Positions 12,235-25,500 of a stretch of 64,000 bases of DNA are shown here, piece after piece. Source of the stretch: Chromera velia (taxonomy: Eukaryota); assembly GCA_018398765.1 (NCBI GenBank), contig JAHBMJ010000399.1, positions 1 to 64,000 of the forward strand, given 5' to 3'. Positions within the stretch are counted from its first letter, which is position 1; each line of letters opens with the position of its first letter. Both the position numbers and the translations under genes were made by a program. The notes below the pieces were generated by a model, which had not been told where the DNA came from, made no database searches, and worked only from the letters and a program-made list of their open reading frames with translations.

Positions 12235-15200
12235 CGGCTCCGTTCTTTTGTTTGGGGTGAGGAAGGCCCTTTGTGCGGGGGGAAATCTGTTGCTCCTGTC
12301 TGCCTGCGCTTTCCAAGATCAGTCTATCATATCCCGCATCGGACTGTGTTGGAGATTGCACGCAAGTGTAGCGGATGAACCATGACAATTCAGAAAATTC
12401 GTGTGCTCCCCTGAGTTCCAGCCACCGAGCGCTTTCTTCCTCAGGTCCTTCTGCCTGCTACATTTTCCCGAAATGGCTTTGGGCGTCGGAGGACCCGAAG
12501 TCTTTCCCTTCTTTTCTTTCAAGTTGCACACACAGTCTGTGGATGGTTTTGTTGACTTTCTCAGTGGGATGGCGTTTTCGCACACCGTATTCACATGCGA
12601 ATGCCTCTGCAGGCACTCCGACAGATGAGTGTGATGGCTGCTGATGAAGCTGTGAGAGACAGAGACGGGGACGGAAAGGCTCCGGGAGGGAAGGGGGGAA
12701 AGTCGGGAAGGGAGTCTATGGCTGTGCACAGGGGGTCTCTGTTCTCTGTCGTGTCCTCAGGAGAGGGGGCGGAATCCGATTCTGACGAGAAAATGATGCA
12801 ATTCCTTTCAGCAAATTTTGTTCGACAGAGACAGCAAGAGGGGGTGGTGAGGCCCAGGAGGGAGGTGGTATCTTCACCTTCTGAGGGGGCAGGGGGAGAA
12901 GTGTGTGGGAAGGCAGGGAGGCTTATTCGGCAGGCGGCAACTAGGGCTGAAATCGACGCGGCAGTTGACGTGATCTTGAAACCTTTCGAAGCCCATCTAC
13001 CCATGTCACTGAGTGCTGAACGGAAATGCCGGGAATTCAGCAGAAATCTCCCGCCCTCTCTTTCTTCTTCCTCAAATGATGGCACTGCCAAAGGGGAAAG
13101 ACCATCAGCTGATTTGCCAGGAATGGAGTGGGGTCTCGATTTGACAGTTCTAGAAGGTCAAGAGATAGTCCTCCAATATGATCAGACAAAGGGCCTAGCC
13201 GGACAGAGTCCCGAATCCCCTGCCAGACTTGAAGACCCCCACAAAAATCCACCAGAAGACCTCCATGTGGGTGGGGCTTTACCTCTTGTGGGCCTCTCCC
13301 TCCTCCGTCCCTTCATTCTGGACCCCCTGGGACAGACGGGACTCTACCGGGTCCTCAATTTTCTCCTCATGGTCGGTCGGTCGGTCACATTGGATGCGCC
13401 CTTCCCCTTACTTCTCAGGAAATCTGCAGGCAATTCACTCTGGGGAATGAGAACATCTGCATGCAGGAAATTCAAGAAAGAAAGATAAGCAAGCATGCAT
13501 GTATGGGAATTAATCAATCGATCGATCTGCCTGCAGACCCCGACAGTACCGCCTTGTGACCTGCAGCTAGAGAGAGAATCAGAGAATCTTGAAAGAAAGA
13601 AGAAAGAAAAAAAGAAGAAACGGCACGGTGACCGTGCAGAGGCAACATTTGTGGTGCTGAAAACAAAACGCAACACAGACTTCCCATGCAGGCCCTAGTT
13701 CCATCCATGCGACCATGATCAAATCAATTTTCTGTCGTCAAGTTCATGAACCGAAAGAAAAAAAGAAAGAAAGAAAGAAAGAAACAAACAAACAAACAAA
13801 GAAAAGACCCCATTCAAATCCCCTCAACTCATCTGCCTGCCTGCCCGGTGCCCCCCCCCTTCAGGTCCAGTCAGGGTACTCAACCAGGACCTCCTACCAC
13901 AACGCTGTGCATGGAGCAGACGTGAGTCGAATCAAGGGAAGGAAGGAACACCGACGTGGGCCTAGTGCGTGCCCGTGGATGCATTCATCGTTCTGCACTT
14001 CGAGCGAGAAAGCACGATAAAGGGAGGACCCTGTGGGTGATCGCTCTCCATCCAGGGGGGGATAAATCGTCTCTTTGTGTACGTTTGATTGAGCCTTCGG
14101 ATATTGGCTTTCGCTTTTAATTTTCCTTCCTTCACATGCATGAATGCAGGTTGCCTTGATGACCGTCTGGCTGACAGAACACGTGGGGGTGCGGCCCTTC
14201 CTGAGTCCTGTGCGGAACGTGTCCATCGTCATTGCCGCCCTTTGTCACGACGTCGGGCATGAGGGGGTGAACAATATGTTCCACGTCAATAGGTCTGTGT
14301 GTGTGTGTGTGTGGAGTGTTGGCCGTTTGTTGGAGTTTTCGTGATCGGAAAATGCATTCGGTCTTTTTCTTTTCTCTCTGCAAAAGCTTTGACAGTACTC
14401 AGTCAGCTGCGCAGGACTTTGAAATGTTGAGCTTTCACTTAAAGGAACGAAGAAACATGTGTGGTTTATGACTGGTTCAATGAACTCTGAAGCCCCCAAT
14501 TCCGGCTTTCTCTCCTCCTCCATGCAGCTCCTCAGATCTGGCGATGAATTACAACGACAAGAGCGTCCTCGAGAACTTTCACGCCTCGAAGACTTTCCAT
14601 ATCATGAGGAAACCTGGGTGCAATATCTTGGTGTGTGTAAGTTTGTGCGTGTGCGTGAGCGTCTGTATCCCTGTGTGTCTGTGTGTGTCTGTGTCTGTGT
14701 GTGTCTGTCTGTGTGCGTGTGTGTGTGTGTCTGTGGTCTGTGTGGGTCTGTGTGTGTCTGTGAGTCTGTGTCTGTGAGCGTCCGCACGTGCATGTGTGTG
14801 TGAGTGTGTGAGTGTGAGTGTGTGAGTGTGTGTGTCTGTCTGTCTGTCTGCCTGTCTGTCTATCTGTCTATCTGTCTATCTGTCTATCTGTCTATCTGTC
14901 TATCTGTCTGTCTGTGTCTGTGTCTGTGTCTGTGTCGGTGCCTGTGTATGTGTGTGTGTGTGTGTATGTGTGTGTGTTGTGTCTGTGTCTGTGGTCTTCT
15001 TTATTCGAATGTTCATATTCCCGCATATTCCCCACGCACGCAATCTCAGGGATTGTCGCTGGGTCGACACGTTCGTGTGAATCATTCAGCCTCCCTCTCA
15101 CGAATAGGAACGTTCTACTTGATTATGCGTCTCATGCAGCTCTGAGGGCTCATCCAAGATGGATGTAGCAATGGCCTTACTACTCGATCGTCCTCTTCTG

Positions 15201-17041
15201 CACTTCAGTCATGTCTTTTTTCGTGAAGAAACTGCTTTGATTGACGCATCGATCTATTTGATCGCAGAGCAAGTTGAGTCAGGAAGACCAGAAGACAGCG
15301 CGGGGTGGGATCATCGATCTGGTTTTAGACACAGACATGAAGAAGGTCGGTCGGTCCTTTGCATTGTCAGACGTCCTGGGGGTCGGTATGGAAGGTTTGC
15401 AGGGATCCTCCCGACTTGTATGGAATGAATGGCTTTGCTTTGGGGGGGCAGCCTTCTTCGTTAATTTTCCAAGACGCCTTGACTCTCCTTCGTTGCGCTA
15501 TACAGGGCCCATGGAGTCTCTTTCTTGAATTCAACTGCATGGTGGTGACATGGTTGATACAACTGTCTCTTTGTCGCTCTCTCTCGTTCTCCCTCTCTCT
15601 CTCTGTCCTTTATTTGTCATTTCTGCATTTTCGGAGCTCGCTTTAATTGATTCTCATCGAATCTCTCTGAATGCGCGCAGCATTTCGAATTTGTCACGGC
15701 AATGAAGTTGAGGCGGAAGGATCCCGACTTTGCCTTGAGTCTCTGTGGAGAGACCGGGGGGGGCTCCCCTTCGTCTAGCGAGAAGAAAGTGGAGGTGATG
15801 GAACAAGACGTGTGGATGGTCACGATGGCGTGTTTGAAGGCAGCAGATCTCGGTGAGTTTGTTGATGTTCACGGGGCAAGACAAAAATCATGTGAATAGG
15901 AAAAGAATGTGAAGGAATGAACAACAGGAGATGTGAGGTGATCGAGGTGAGACTTCTCGGGGCCGATTGGACTCCTTCCTGCATGACCCGTCTCATCTCC
16001 TCCTCTCCCCTCTTTTCGTGTCCCTCCCCCTTCTTTTTTGTTTGGCACGTGCGGGTTTGCAGGACACAGCACGAAACCCTGGGCTGTGCACTTCGCACGT
16101 TCGTTGGCAGTCACAGAAGAGTTCTTCCAACAGGGCGACCAGGAGAAGGCCCTCGCACTTCCGATCTCTCCTCTGTGCGGGAGGGAGGGCTCCTCGGCTG
16201 CCGGGTTGTGCAAATCGCAAATCGGGTTCCTCAATTTCGTTTGCAGGTGTGTGCGTGCGTCAGAATGAGGAGGACTGGAGGGATGGATGATGGGTGGGTG
16301 GATTTTTCGCTGCTTTTGCCAAGCAAGAGCACTGCTGTTGCCGCCCATGTTTAGCTTCCTTCCTTCAGTCGTATCCTGACTTTCTTTGTGTTGCTTCTGC
16401 CTCGGAGAGCACCTTGTAGTCTCCTTCAGAACATCTTTTCCTCCTCCATTCTGAATGCATCCTGCAGAGAGCTGTACGTGGAGCTCTCTCAGGTCGAGAG
16501 ACTCTCCAAAGCCCCCCGTGCGGTGAGTGCCTCAGAGTCGCCTCAAGAGAACTCAGCAGAACAAGTCGAGAGGGAAGCCCAGACTGAAACAGCAGATGTG
16601 GGGGGCACAGTGCTTTCTGTCTGTCTGGCCAATTTAGATCGGAACGTGGAGAACTGGAAACTCCCTGAGACAGCCCTCCAGGTGCCTTCAGAGCTGTTCG
16701 AACCTCCCCCAGCAGAAGCAGTTGTCATCCAAGAGCAGCCTGTGTCCCCCTGGCAGGGGAAGATCAGAACGACGAGAAGACAGGAAGCCTCAGAACAACC
16801 GCGCCAGCTGCTCTCGTTATGCGCGTCTCCTCGGCAACCGCCTAGCTCTTCAATGACAAAAGAGACAAAAGAGAAAAGTTTCCTTCTCCTAGCAGAGGAA
16901 GAAAAGAAGGCCACACAGCTTGATGGGAGGGCCCGGGGGGAAACTGTCACTGAAAGGTTCCGGATTCCCCGGGGAGACGACGAAATGCCGCCCTCATGTT
17001 CCAGAGAAGCCTCGCTGTCCGACCGGGATCTCGAGGCATAA
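9871..17041 (+). CDS. Membrane-bound 3',5'-cyclic nucleotide phosphodiesterase (class I, PDEase_I) with about 6 N-terminal TM helices. Predicted exons: 9871-10605, 11354-11536, 11929-12060, 12613-13371, 13865-13921, 14150-14292, 14528-14630, 15268-15345, 15681-15852, 16063-16246, 16468-17041
   Basis: The spliced product has the canonical motifs [62 protein letters not shown] and SQIGFLNFV. Exon 1 is highly hydrophobic, as in apicomplexan TM-PDEs. All intron phases are consistent. Confidence 0.93.
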
Positions 17042-18554
17042 AATTAATGAAATCTGTTTGATTGACGTACTGCCTGATGGCTCGCTCGATCTCTGCATGC
17101 ATGACGCATCTGTTCAGCCGAGTCTGCGGCTCGCTCGCTGGAATCATTCCTCATGCAGCCAAATCGGATGAATGTCAATCAGATGCATTCACTCACCTTC
17201 CGGACAGCGGGCCCGGATGATCGGTGTTCGATCGGGATTGTATGAAATTAAGTCACTTACTTAGTTCAGCGTCCATTTGTGTGCAAGAATTCACAGTGTT
17301 GTCATTGTACATAAACACAAGGAAAGTACGCATACATAGAGACCGCGGGCATTCTGATGCCTCTAGATTGACCGGACGTGCTTGTTTCGTTTAGGCAAAG
17401 AGATGATGCATACATGGTCGAGGGCGAAAGAAAAAGGAAAGGAAAGGATACGGGGGGGAAGGGGGATATGCGGGGAGGGGAAGACATGGGGAGGGACTTG
17501 CACATAGAAAGCAGGGGGAGCGGGGTCACCTCAGGATCGCTAGTTAATTAAGGAGTAGAGAAGGTTGATTATGAAGCCTCCTGCATCGATCAGCCAATCT
17601 TCTCAATTGAAAGAGGGGAGGGTTAGTTGTCAGAATCTCTCATATCCTCTCTCGTTTTCATGCATGCATCTCTGTGTCGCAACAAATGGAGAGGATCGGG
17701 ATTCTGATCTCTGTTATCCTCAGTCGATCTCAACTCATACGGATGGTCTGCGTCTCTGACTCACAAAAGCAAGCATCAGAGTTAAACACAGAAGCCTGAG
17801 GTAGGCCGGTGAGTTCTCTGAAGGATGGATTCCATACATTGATATCTGCGCCCCTGTTTCAAAAGCTGCCTGCGCAAGTCAATACTTCTGTGGTAAGCAT
17901 TGGTAGCATGAGTCTAGGCATGAGTGCCCCTGCTGTCGTCCATGCATTCACGTATATCCGCATCCATCTGTCTGTTTTCTACCTGCTTTTTCATAACATG
18001 CACTCAAGAATAAAGTTCAATAAACCAGAGTGAATATTGAATGTTTCTTCTTTTTTTTTAATACACACGATACTTTAAATTCAAACTTTGAATATGAATG
18101 TTGACTTACAATCCATTCAGATAATCTGATCATAATCATAACATCTAATTTCTGTCCTACTTTCTGTCTTTTTCGACCAGCTATAGTTTTCTATCACTTT
18201 CCTAATAACTTTTCTATCATTTTTCTCTAGATTTTTCTAACATTTTTTATAGGGAAGAAAGATAAGGAAAGCAACCTTCGTCTTTACCCATACGATGACA
18301 AAACCGTACGCATCCACCGGCGGCGGCATTTGATTGAGACTACATATATTATAAACTGCGCTCATATGATTTAAGGCCTACGCCCGTGCACATGTGTGTG
18401 TGTTCTTTAGAATTTTTCAGTGTATAGTTACGATTACATGTCTAGTCACATGTCTAATAGATAATGATGATGATGTGGGGTCAAGTCGTAGATCAAATTT
18501 AATTGCAATGTCACATGTGATAAATACATCACTATAGCCTATAGGTACACGAGA

Positions 18555-20162
18555 TTATGCGCTGGAGCCTGGGTTGTAGCATGGGACGCTGCTGCTGCAT
18601 GACTCAAAAGGTCGTTTTGTGCCCCGATCTTCCGCCATCGTCGTCTGCTGCGGGTTGGGGATCTGCAAGAGCGGCGGTTTCTGAAGAGCCGACTGAATGC
18701 ACTCTTTTCGTTTGAGAAGGCGAGCCTTGATGTGGGCCTTCATGTCCGCATCACCTCGTGACTGTCTGTCAAGAAATGTCAGGCGTTTTTCAACGTCCCC
18801 AAATTGAAGGCTCTCCGACCACTCATCCATGTCCGCCCCTTCTTCGATCAGAAGAAGCTCCCTTTTCAAGGGATCTCCCGTGAGGTGGTCGTTGACTCCC
18901 CACCTTTTGAGGACGGTCACGGGGGTCTCACCGGAGGCGGTGCGGACATCGAGGTCCAGTGGCTCTCCAGACGCACGCGCGCGAGAGATCATGTCTTTTA
19001 GCATCTCGCAGTCTCCATGCACCGCAACGAAATGTAGGGTCGTTTCCCCATTCCCCCCCGAAACACCCCCGCCCCCAACGAAAGGAGGAGACAGCAAACG
19101 TCAAGGTTCACGTCTTGACGGGCGGACTTCAATTCCGTTTGCCCCGCGTATGACTCGCGGCTCAGGAGGAGCTCGAGAGCCGTACGTCCGCTGCTGTCCT
19201 GAGCATTCATGTCTGCCCCCAAACGGGAAAGGCCCTTGACCGTCAAGAGCAGACTCTTCCGCACAACAAACACGGAATTCGGATTTCCCTCCCATACAGG
19301 CGCTCTCGCGCCAACTGCAGGAGGGGCGTGTCCCCCTGCTTGTTCCTGCTCTTGACGCCCAGATTGGGAACCTGGGCAAGTCGATCTGCCACCCTCCAAA
19401 GGGGGGCCCCCTCCTCCACCTCCCTCTCTTTGTACCCGGGCCCCCACATGATAAGGCGGTGCAAGGGAAATCGATCAAAGTCTCGCACCCGGAGAATCAT
19501 CTGACCATTCGGGCCATGTGGCCGCGTCAATTCCTCAGCGGCCGAGAACATCCCTGTCTGAAGGGCGAACTCAAACGCTGTCCAACCTACCACTCCCCGC
19601 TTCTTTCTACGTTTTTTGTTGTCTTTCTGTGGATCGCATTCTAGGTCGGAGAGGCTGGGATAATATTCCTCCACAATACCCTCCTCCTCATCGGACTCTG
19701 CCCCCTTCTTCCGAGCTTTCTGAGGCTGGAGGCCGCGGCTGGACCTGCAGTTGATCTGGATACCCCCCGCAATCAGCCTCTTCACCGCAACCGCGTCATC
19801 CGCTTCGATCGCGTTGAAGAGGTCAGGAGTGCGCTTGTTCTTCAGGGGCCATAACGACTCGGAAAAACAGAACTTCACCTGCACGACCAGATCGAAGACA
19901 CAAGCGGAACATACATGCACGGGAGTGTTGGCAGACTAGGAATGAGATTGAGGATCTCGGAGGAGGAAGGGGGCTGTCCGCACACATTTGTACGTAGCCA
20001 CATCTAAAAATGACAGTTGATGAGTCGAAAAAAACAAAAACAGATTGTCAGCTGACAAGGAGAGAGCAAGTGGCACAGACAGACATCTTCTCAAACAGAA
20101 GAAGTTGACAATGGCATGTTACCATGAATAGCAAGAGTCCCATGAATAATCAGGAGTCCGTG

Positions 20163-20196
<34 letters not shown>

Positions 20197-21499
20197 TGAG
20201 AGAGAGAGAGAGAGAAACTGTTTTGTCTCACACCAAGACGGTGAAAAGAGACAGACACACAGAAAACAAGCAAAAAAAGGGGATGAACACAGAAGCAGAG
20301 AAAGAGAGATGCGGCAGAAGCTCTGTGCGAGAGAGACCAAGCGAAAAGACAGAAAGGAAGCCAAGTGCTTGGGGCCGCTCTGAAATGAGAACACAAAGAA
20401 AAACAGGTAGCGAAATGAGTCAAGTATACCAGAACCGCCACTGGCAGGTGCAGAAAAGAGATATGGGCGAGACAAGAAGAGACGAGGGGCTCCATTCATA
20501 AAAGCTGATGAAGCCCGCGACGGATGAGTGTCACAGAGACCAACGGAAAAGCGGATGACTGACTTGGTTCCCCGAGAAATTGGTCTCGTGCCATGGTTCT
20601 TGGATCTTTCCGTGCTTCTCTCTCACCTCTCGCTTGACCTGCAAGGCGCACAAATTTACTTCATCATCTATTTCATCATCAGGAATTTGCAGATGGAAAG
20701 GGTCAAAAGTTAAAGGAGAATAGTCAGACGGACAAGACCAACACTGTTGAAGAGCTCATCCAGTCGAAAGAGACCAGACAATATGAAGGTCTAACAGGAG
20801 ACGAAAAACTGGGGCTTCATATCTCACCTGTGGCGCTATTTCCATGGGAAAGAGAGTGTAGAAGGGCTCGGGTGTTGCGAGGTGTGCTGTTAGCGCTCTT
20901 GTGAAGAATCCCCTGCAGGCGCTTCCCCCCTCCCCTGTTGTGTCTTCATAAGAATAAGATCCTGGAGCACACGCAAATACCTGCATACACCCAAGGTCCT
21001 TGTCTGCCCCATTCACCGTCTGCATGAGGCAGCGTATTGCCAATCTAGACACAGCCGGGCGGGCATGGCGGGCGTTTCCGTCGGGAACGGAAGACCGCCA
21101 CACGTCGTTGCTCTCCTCGTAACGGCAGCAGTCGCAAAACAAGAAGATAAGAGACTTCGGAGGAGCGACACGGACGACCCGACCGACGGCTTCCTTAACG
21201 TCAAACCCCTGATCCCCTCTCACAGGAAGGAGTTGGAGACGGCCGTCTCTCTCCTCCCCGTGTCCCGAAAAGAAGAGTACAAACACAGCTTCTTCCTTCA
21301 ACTTTTCCCCTGCTGCGACAAGTTTGGAGAATTCAGTTTCGATGTCATTCAGGCTGGCGTCGTTCACGCCATAAAACCGACCACTGGGGCACAAACCCCG
21401 CAAGCACTCCACCATGTCTACTGCGTCTTGAACTGCGCCATGTAGACGATCTTCTTCCTCATACGCATTCTGCCCAACCGTAAATGTTAGCAATTGCAT
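18555..21499 (-). CDS. Caspase-fold (peptidase C14) protease fused to ankyrin repeats. Exons 21499-20828, 20638-20564, 19878-18555; the last exon has two frame breaks (near 19245-19295 and near 19053-19059), so it may be disrupted
   Basis: Exon 1 encodes TVGQNAY...LHGAVQDA, FFSGHG (His), FCDCCR (Cys), FACAPGSYSYE and GFFTRAL. Exon 2 (VKREVREKHGKIQEPWHETNFSGNQ) plus VKFCF completes the caspase fold through phase-0 GT-AG junctions. Ankyrin-like motifs follow: LFNAIEADD, GWTAFEFA, GDTPLLQ, GADMNAQDSSGRTALE, GETTLHFVAVHG, GETPV. Confidence 0.8.
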
Positions 21500-22555
21500 T
21501 TTTGTACTAGATTCAGACAGCTCAAATGCCGAGAGAGGGAAAAAAATAATCTTCGACCTTTCAGACTTTAAAACTGACTCTTTGCATCCGGGTTGGAGAG
21601 TGATTCAGTCACATCGGATCTTGACTTGGGGGCTGACCGCAATCCAAAAATAAACCGTAGGGAAGCGACAATTAGCAAACTCTGACAGCCTAGGGCTCCA
21701 GTGACAGCAAATGATAGCAAGGAAATGCATTGAATGAGAGGACGGATCAGATCATACTGACAGTCACTCGTCGTCGTCGATCGAAGAAGTCCTCCGTGCA
21801 AAGAATCGCAAAGATGCATGTTTGAAGAAGATCGCCGCGATCGCGGAGACGCGATGCCCTGTAAGTTCTGACTTGCATGCATATGAGCGTTTTTGTGCGA
21901 CGTTTTGGAAATGCGCAAAGCGCGCGAAAACCCGGCCGCGGGGCCTATTATGATTTTTCCCTGCAGCCATGCATGCAGGCTCCGGCCGAAAATGGCCATG
22001 CAAAACGTGCATGCCATGTGCATGCCATGCAGGCAAGCAGTAAAAAAAAAATGCATGTTAATTGCACTGCAAATAACACCGCGACAGCGTCTCACGACTG
22101 CTTGCTGTTTAGTAGAAGTTTCTCTTCTGCCATGAAGAACAGCCATCAGCAGCCGATGAAAGGGAGGCTTGTGGTGCAGCATGGTGGAAATATTTAACGC
22201 TCGATGGTATTTCTGAGCTCGCAGCTGTCTCCATACTGCTAAGATCGAGTCGCAAGCCACTTAGGCAGCCGCCGTCTCTTGACTAAAGATCTGTGCGTCA
22301 GGAGACGTCTCTGCTTTCCTCTGCTTTTCTTTCTGTTTTTCTGCCTTCTGACTGCATTACTTTTTCGTTTTGAGCTGCCTGGAGCTTTTGAGGGCCCTCG
22401 CTGGTGGCCCTGGTGGACAGCAGGTGGCGATTCTACTGAGGAAGGGCGTACAAAGTCTCTAGAGGAGCATATTTTCTTCCGGTTCTCTATGCACAGCGCA
22501 GCAAGCCGGTAGATCTCTCAAATCAGTCTGTCCGTACAACACTTCAAAGGGTGAA

Positions 22556-25500
22556 ATGATGCACGAGAGTTGCGACAAGGGCGAGAAAGAGTCCAGCCAC
22601 CACAGGCTTATCCCGAAAAGAATCGCATTTGACAAAGGAACTTACTTAGAGAAGGTCAGAGACAGAGGGGCTAGCTGAGTGGAGTGAGGAGACAGGTCGA
22701 TTTTCTTTCAGCCGTCTCGCAGGATGTTCTTTTCTTTTCCTCTCACTCCCTGTCCTTTGCTTCTCCTATCTGTCTCCTCTCTGAACTGTTAATTCTCTTA
22801 TCGATTTTCTCTTCTCGCATTTTGCTGCTGAGCCCTAGCTCTCATTTTTTGCTTTGTCTGCTTGCGGAGTAGAAAGACGTAGAGCGTTGAAACACAGACA
22901 GTCGAGAAGACTGCACAACTTAGAGTCGAAAAGAGCGCTCGCTGTCTGTCCTGTGCTTTGGATTCAAAATTTTTGGTTCTTTCTTTCTGCCCTTTCCCAT
23001 ACACTCTCCGATTCGTAAGAGGATCAAACCCTTTCCCCACCCTTGTCTCAACTTCTTCTTAACGTCCCCTGATCCCTTTCCTGTTGCTCCCTCCATACAC
23101 GCACCTACTCGCTCGACCGCACTCTTCTCTTTCCTCCTCCTCTCCTTCTATTCAGATTCGTTTCCAGACGCACAGAGAGTACGTGGAGGCTTCTGCACCC
23201 CCTCCGTGCCCTCCACGAACGTCCCAGAGCGTCCCTGCGCTGAGGAGCAGGGAAAGGAACAAACACCAGGAACGGGGCCCCGGCACGACTGCCGCCTCTG
23301 TCTCCGTCTGCCTGGGTCCAGGTCCTGACCCGAACAATCACCTTGTCGGCCTGAATCTCCCACCGCTGCACAGAGAATCTTCCCCCTCAGCGTGCAAGGA
23401 GACGGAGACGGAGGGCGGTTGCTGTGAGAAAGAGAAAAGAGGAAAACCAGGCAAGGCCCCAGCCCCCCAACCTTCACAATTCCCCGATAGAGACAGAGAA
23501 AGAGAAAGAGACAAAGAGGACGTACCCAATCCGGGTTCTCTCCTCCACCACACGACGGACTGTCCAAGAAAGAGATGCTATTTCGGAACCACAAAGGGAG
23601 GGGGTCAGTCGCATGCATTCATTTTCATACAGGATTCTTTTTGTGTGTAAAAATGAATGCACGGAACCACAAAGGGAGGGGGGGATGAAGGGAGGGAGAG
23701 AGAGGCAACAGAGAAGCGCACTTGTTCGACTAAGAAGTGAAGGGAAAGACAGACGGATGGAATGAGTCACTGACTCGGCTGATTGTAGGTTCCCCTGTCC
23801 GTATCTCTTTTCTTCCTCGTCGCTTTCGCGCTTTGTGTATGTATGCGTATCCACATTGAGTCCGTTCTCAGGATGCGTTGAGATGCTCTAGATGTCTTTC
23901 TCGCTTTTCTTTCGTTTCGCCCTGTGCTGCTGTGCTGTGCGATGATTTGTGTAATTGATCCCTCCATCGTGTGATTGCTGTATGCGCACGTGTTTGTTTC
24001 GACTGCAGGGTGCAACAAGACCTTGTGGGGATTTCGGCAAGAAGGAATCAGATTCCTTTTAGATCTCCAAAAGAATTTCCCCTCTCTGTCCGCACCTCCA
24101 CGAGGGGAGGATGGGGGAAGGGAGGATCCTTCCTCCTCCTCTTTGTTGTCTTTTTTGTCTTCGGAGGAAGAAGACGGAGCAGTGGCTGGTGGTGCCGCTC
24201 TCCGGGCTCAGGCCGGCTGTCCGACTGTGGAGGGGACGAAGAAGGAGAGGGGATGGGGGAATGAAGGGAAATGGAATCTGAATACGTGCATGTGCTGCCA
24301 TCTGTGCGGACCTCGGAGAGGGAAAAAACATGAGGACTTTTTATGGCATCTCTTTGTCAGTCAGTCAGTCTCCCTCCCTCCCTCTTTCTTTCTTTCTTTC
24401 TTCCTTTCTTTCTCTCTCTCTCTCCCTCTCTTTTTCTCTTCATTCGCCCGCTCACTGTCTTTCTGGGAGCTCTTCCGAGCTAATCTCTTCTTTTTCAGTG
24501 TCCTCTTCGTCCCGTTGGAAGGAAAGAATGCCCCCCCCATTTGTTCGTCAAACTTGTGCTGCCCACTTTTCAGTCTCTTCGATAGGCTCTCTGCTGTGTG
24601 TCTGCTGCATGCATGCAAGTAAGAACCCTTCCCCTCCCCTGTCCCCTGCCTGCAGAGCCGGATTCTCCAGAAGAAGGCGAACAACAGCAACAAGACGACC
24701 GACCTCAGGGCAGCAGCAAAGGAGAGAGACAGGAGAGGGATCAGGAAACCATCCGGCCTCAACCTCTCTCTTCTCTCTGCACTAGCTCTTGACTTCTGTA
24801 TTTCTCACTCGGGTCCCACCCACACGGTAACTTCCAATTCAAACACCAACCCCCTTCCCTGTCCCCTGCCCTCCAACCAACCAAAGGAATCGAACCAGAC
24901 AGCAGAGCCACAAATCCCGACACGTCCCCCCTCGCATTCGGTCTCCGTCTCCTGCACCACCACCAGCACCACTGCGAGCTCCGTCATCTCATCTCCACAC
25001 CACCGCAACACCCCACAAGGACCGCCCAACCTAGTACCGCGACAGACGATGAACACAGAGGGTCCAAGACATCTCCTCACACAAAACCGAAACGCCCTCA
25101 CTCCCTCTGCATCTGCCCTCGCTGTGCGTTCACCCCATTCGCACTCCACACCCACCAACGAGAGCCCCATGATCGCCCTCAACCGTTCAGTAACTTTCTC
25201 GGGGGCATTCCCTAGTCTCCCGCCTCCACCCCCCCCTCCTCCCCCTCCACCCCCCACCCCACCCCCCCAACATCAGATCCCTTCACAGCAACAGCAGGAT
25301 ATCCGCCCCCCCCTACGCCTCCCCATCTGTGCCCACTCGCACTCCCGCAAGAATCCAGAGAGAGACGCCTGGCACGCAGAAGGTCCACATTTTCCTCATC
25401 CCGACAGCAGCTGGACACGCAACTTCCCCCCCACCCCCTACTGCAACACCACCACCGCCACAGCTGCAACCACAGCGACGTCCTCCCCCCACTGCACAAG

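Noticed and set aside
21568..22260. 230-aa minus-strand ORF
   Set aside because: No recognisable motifs. It lies in a TGCATG-rich region between divergent genes and is probably regulatory.
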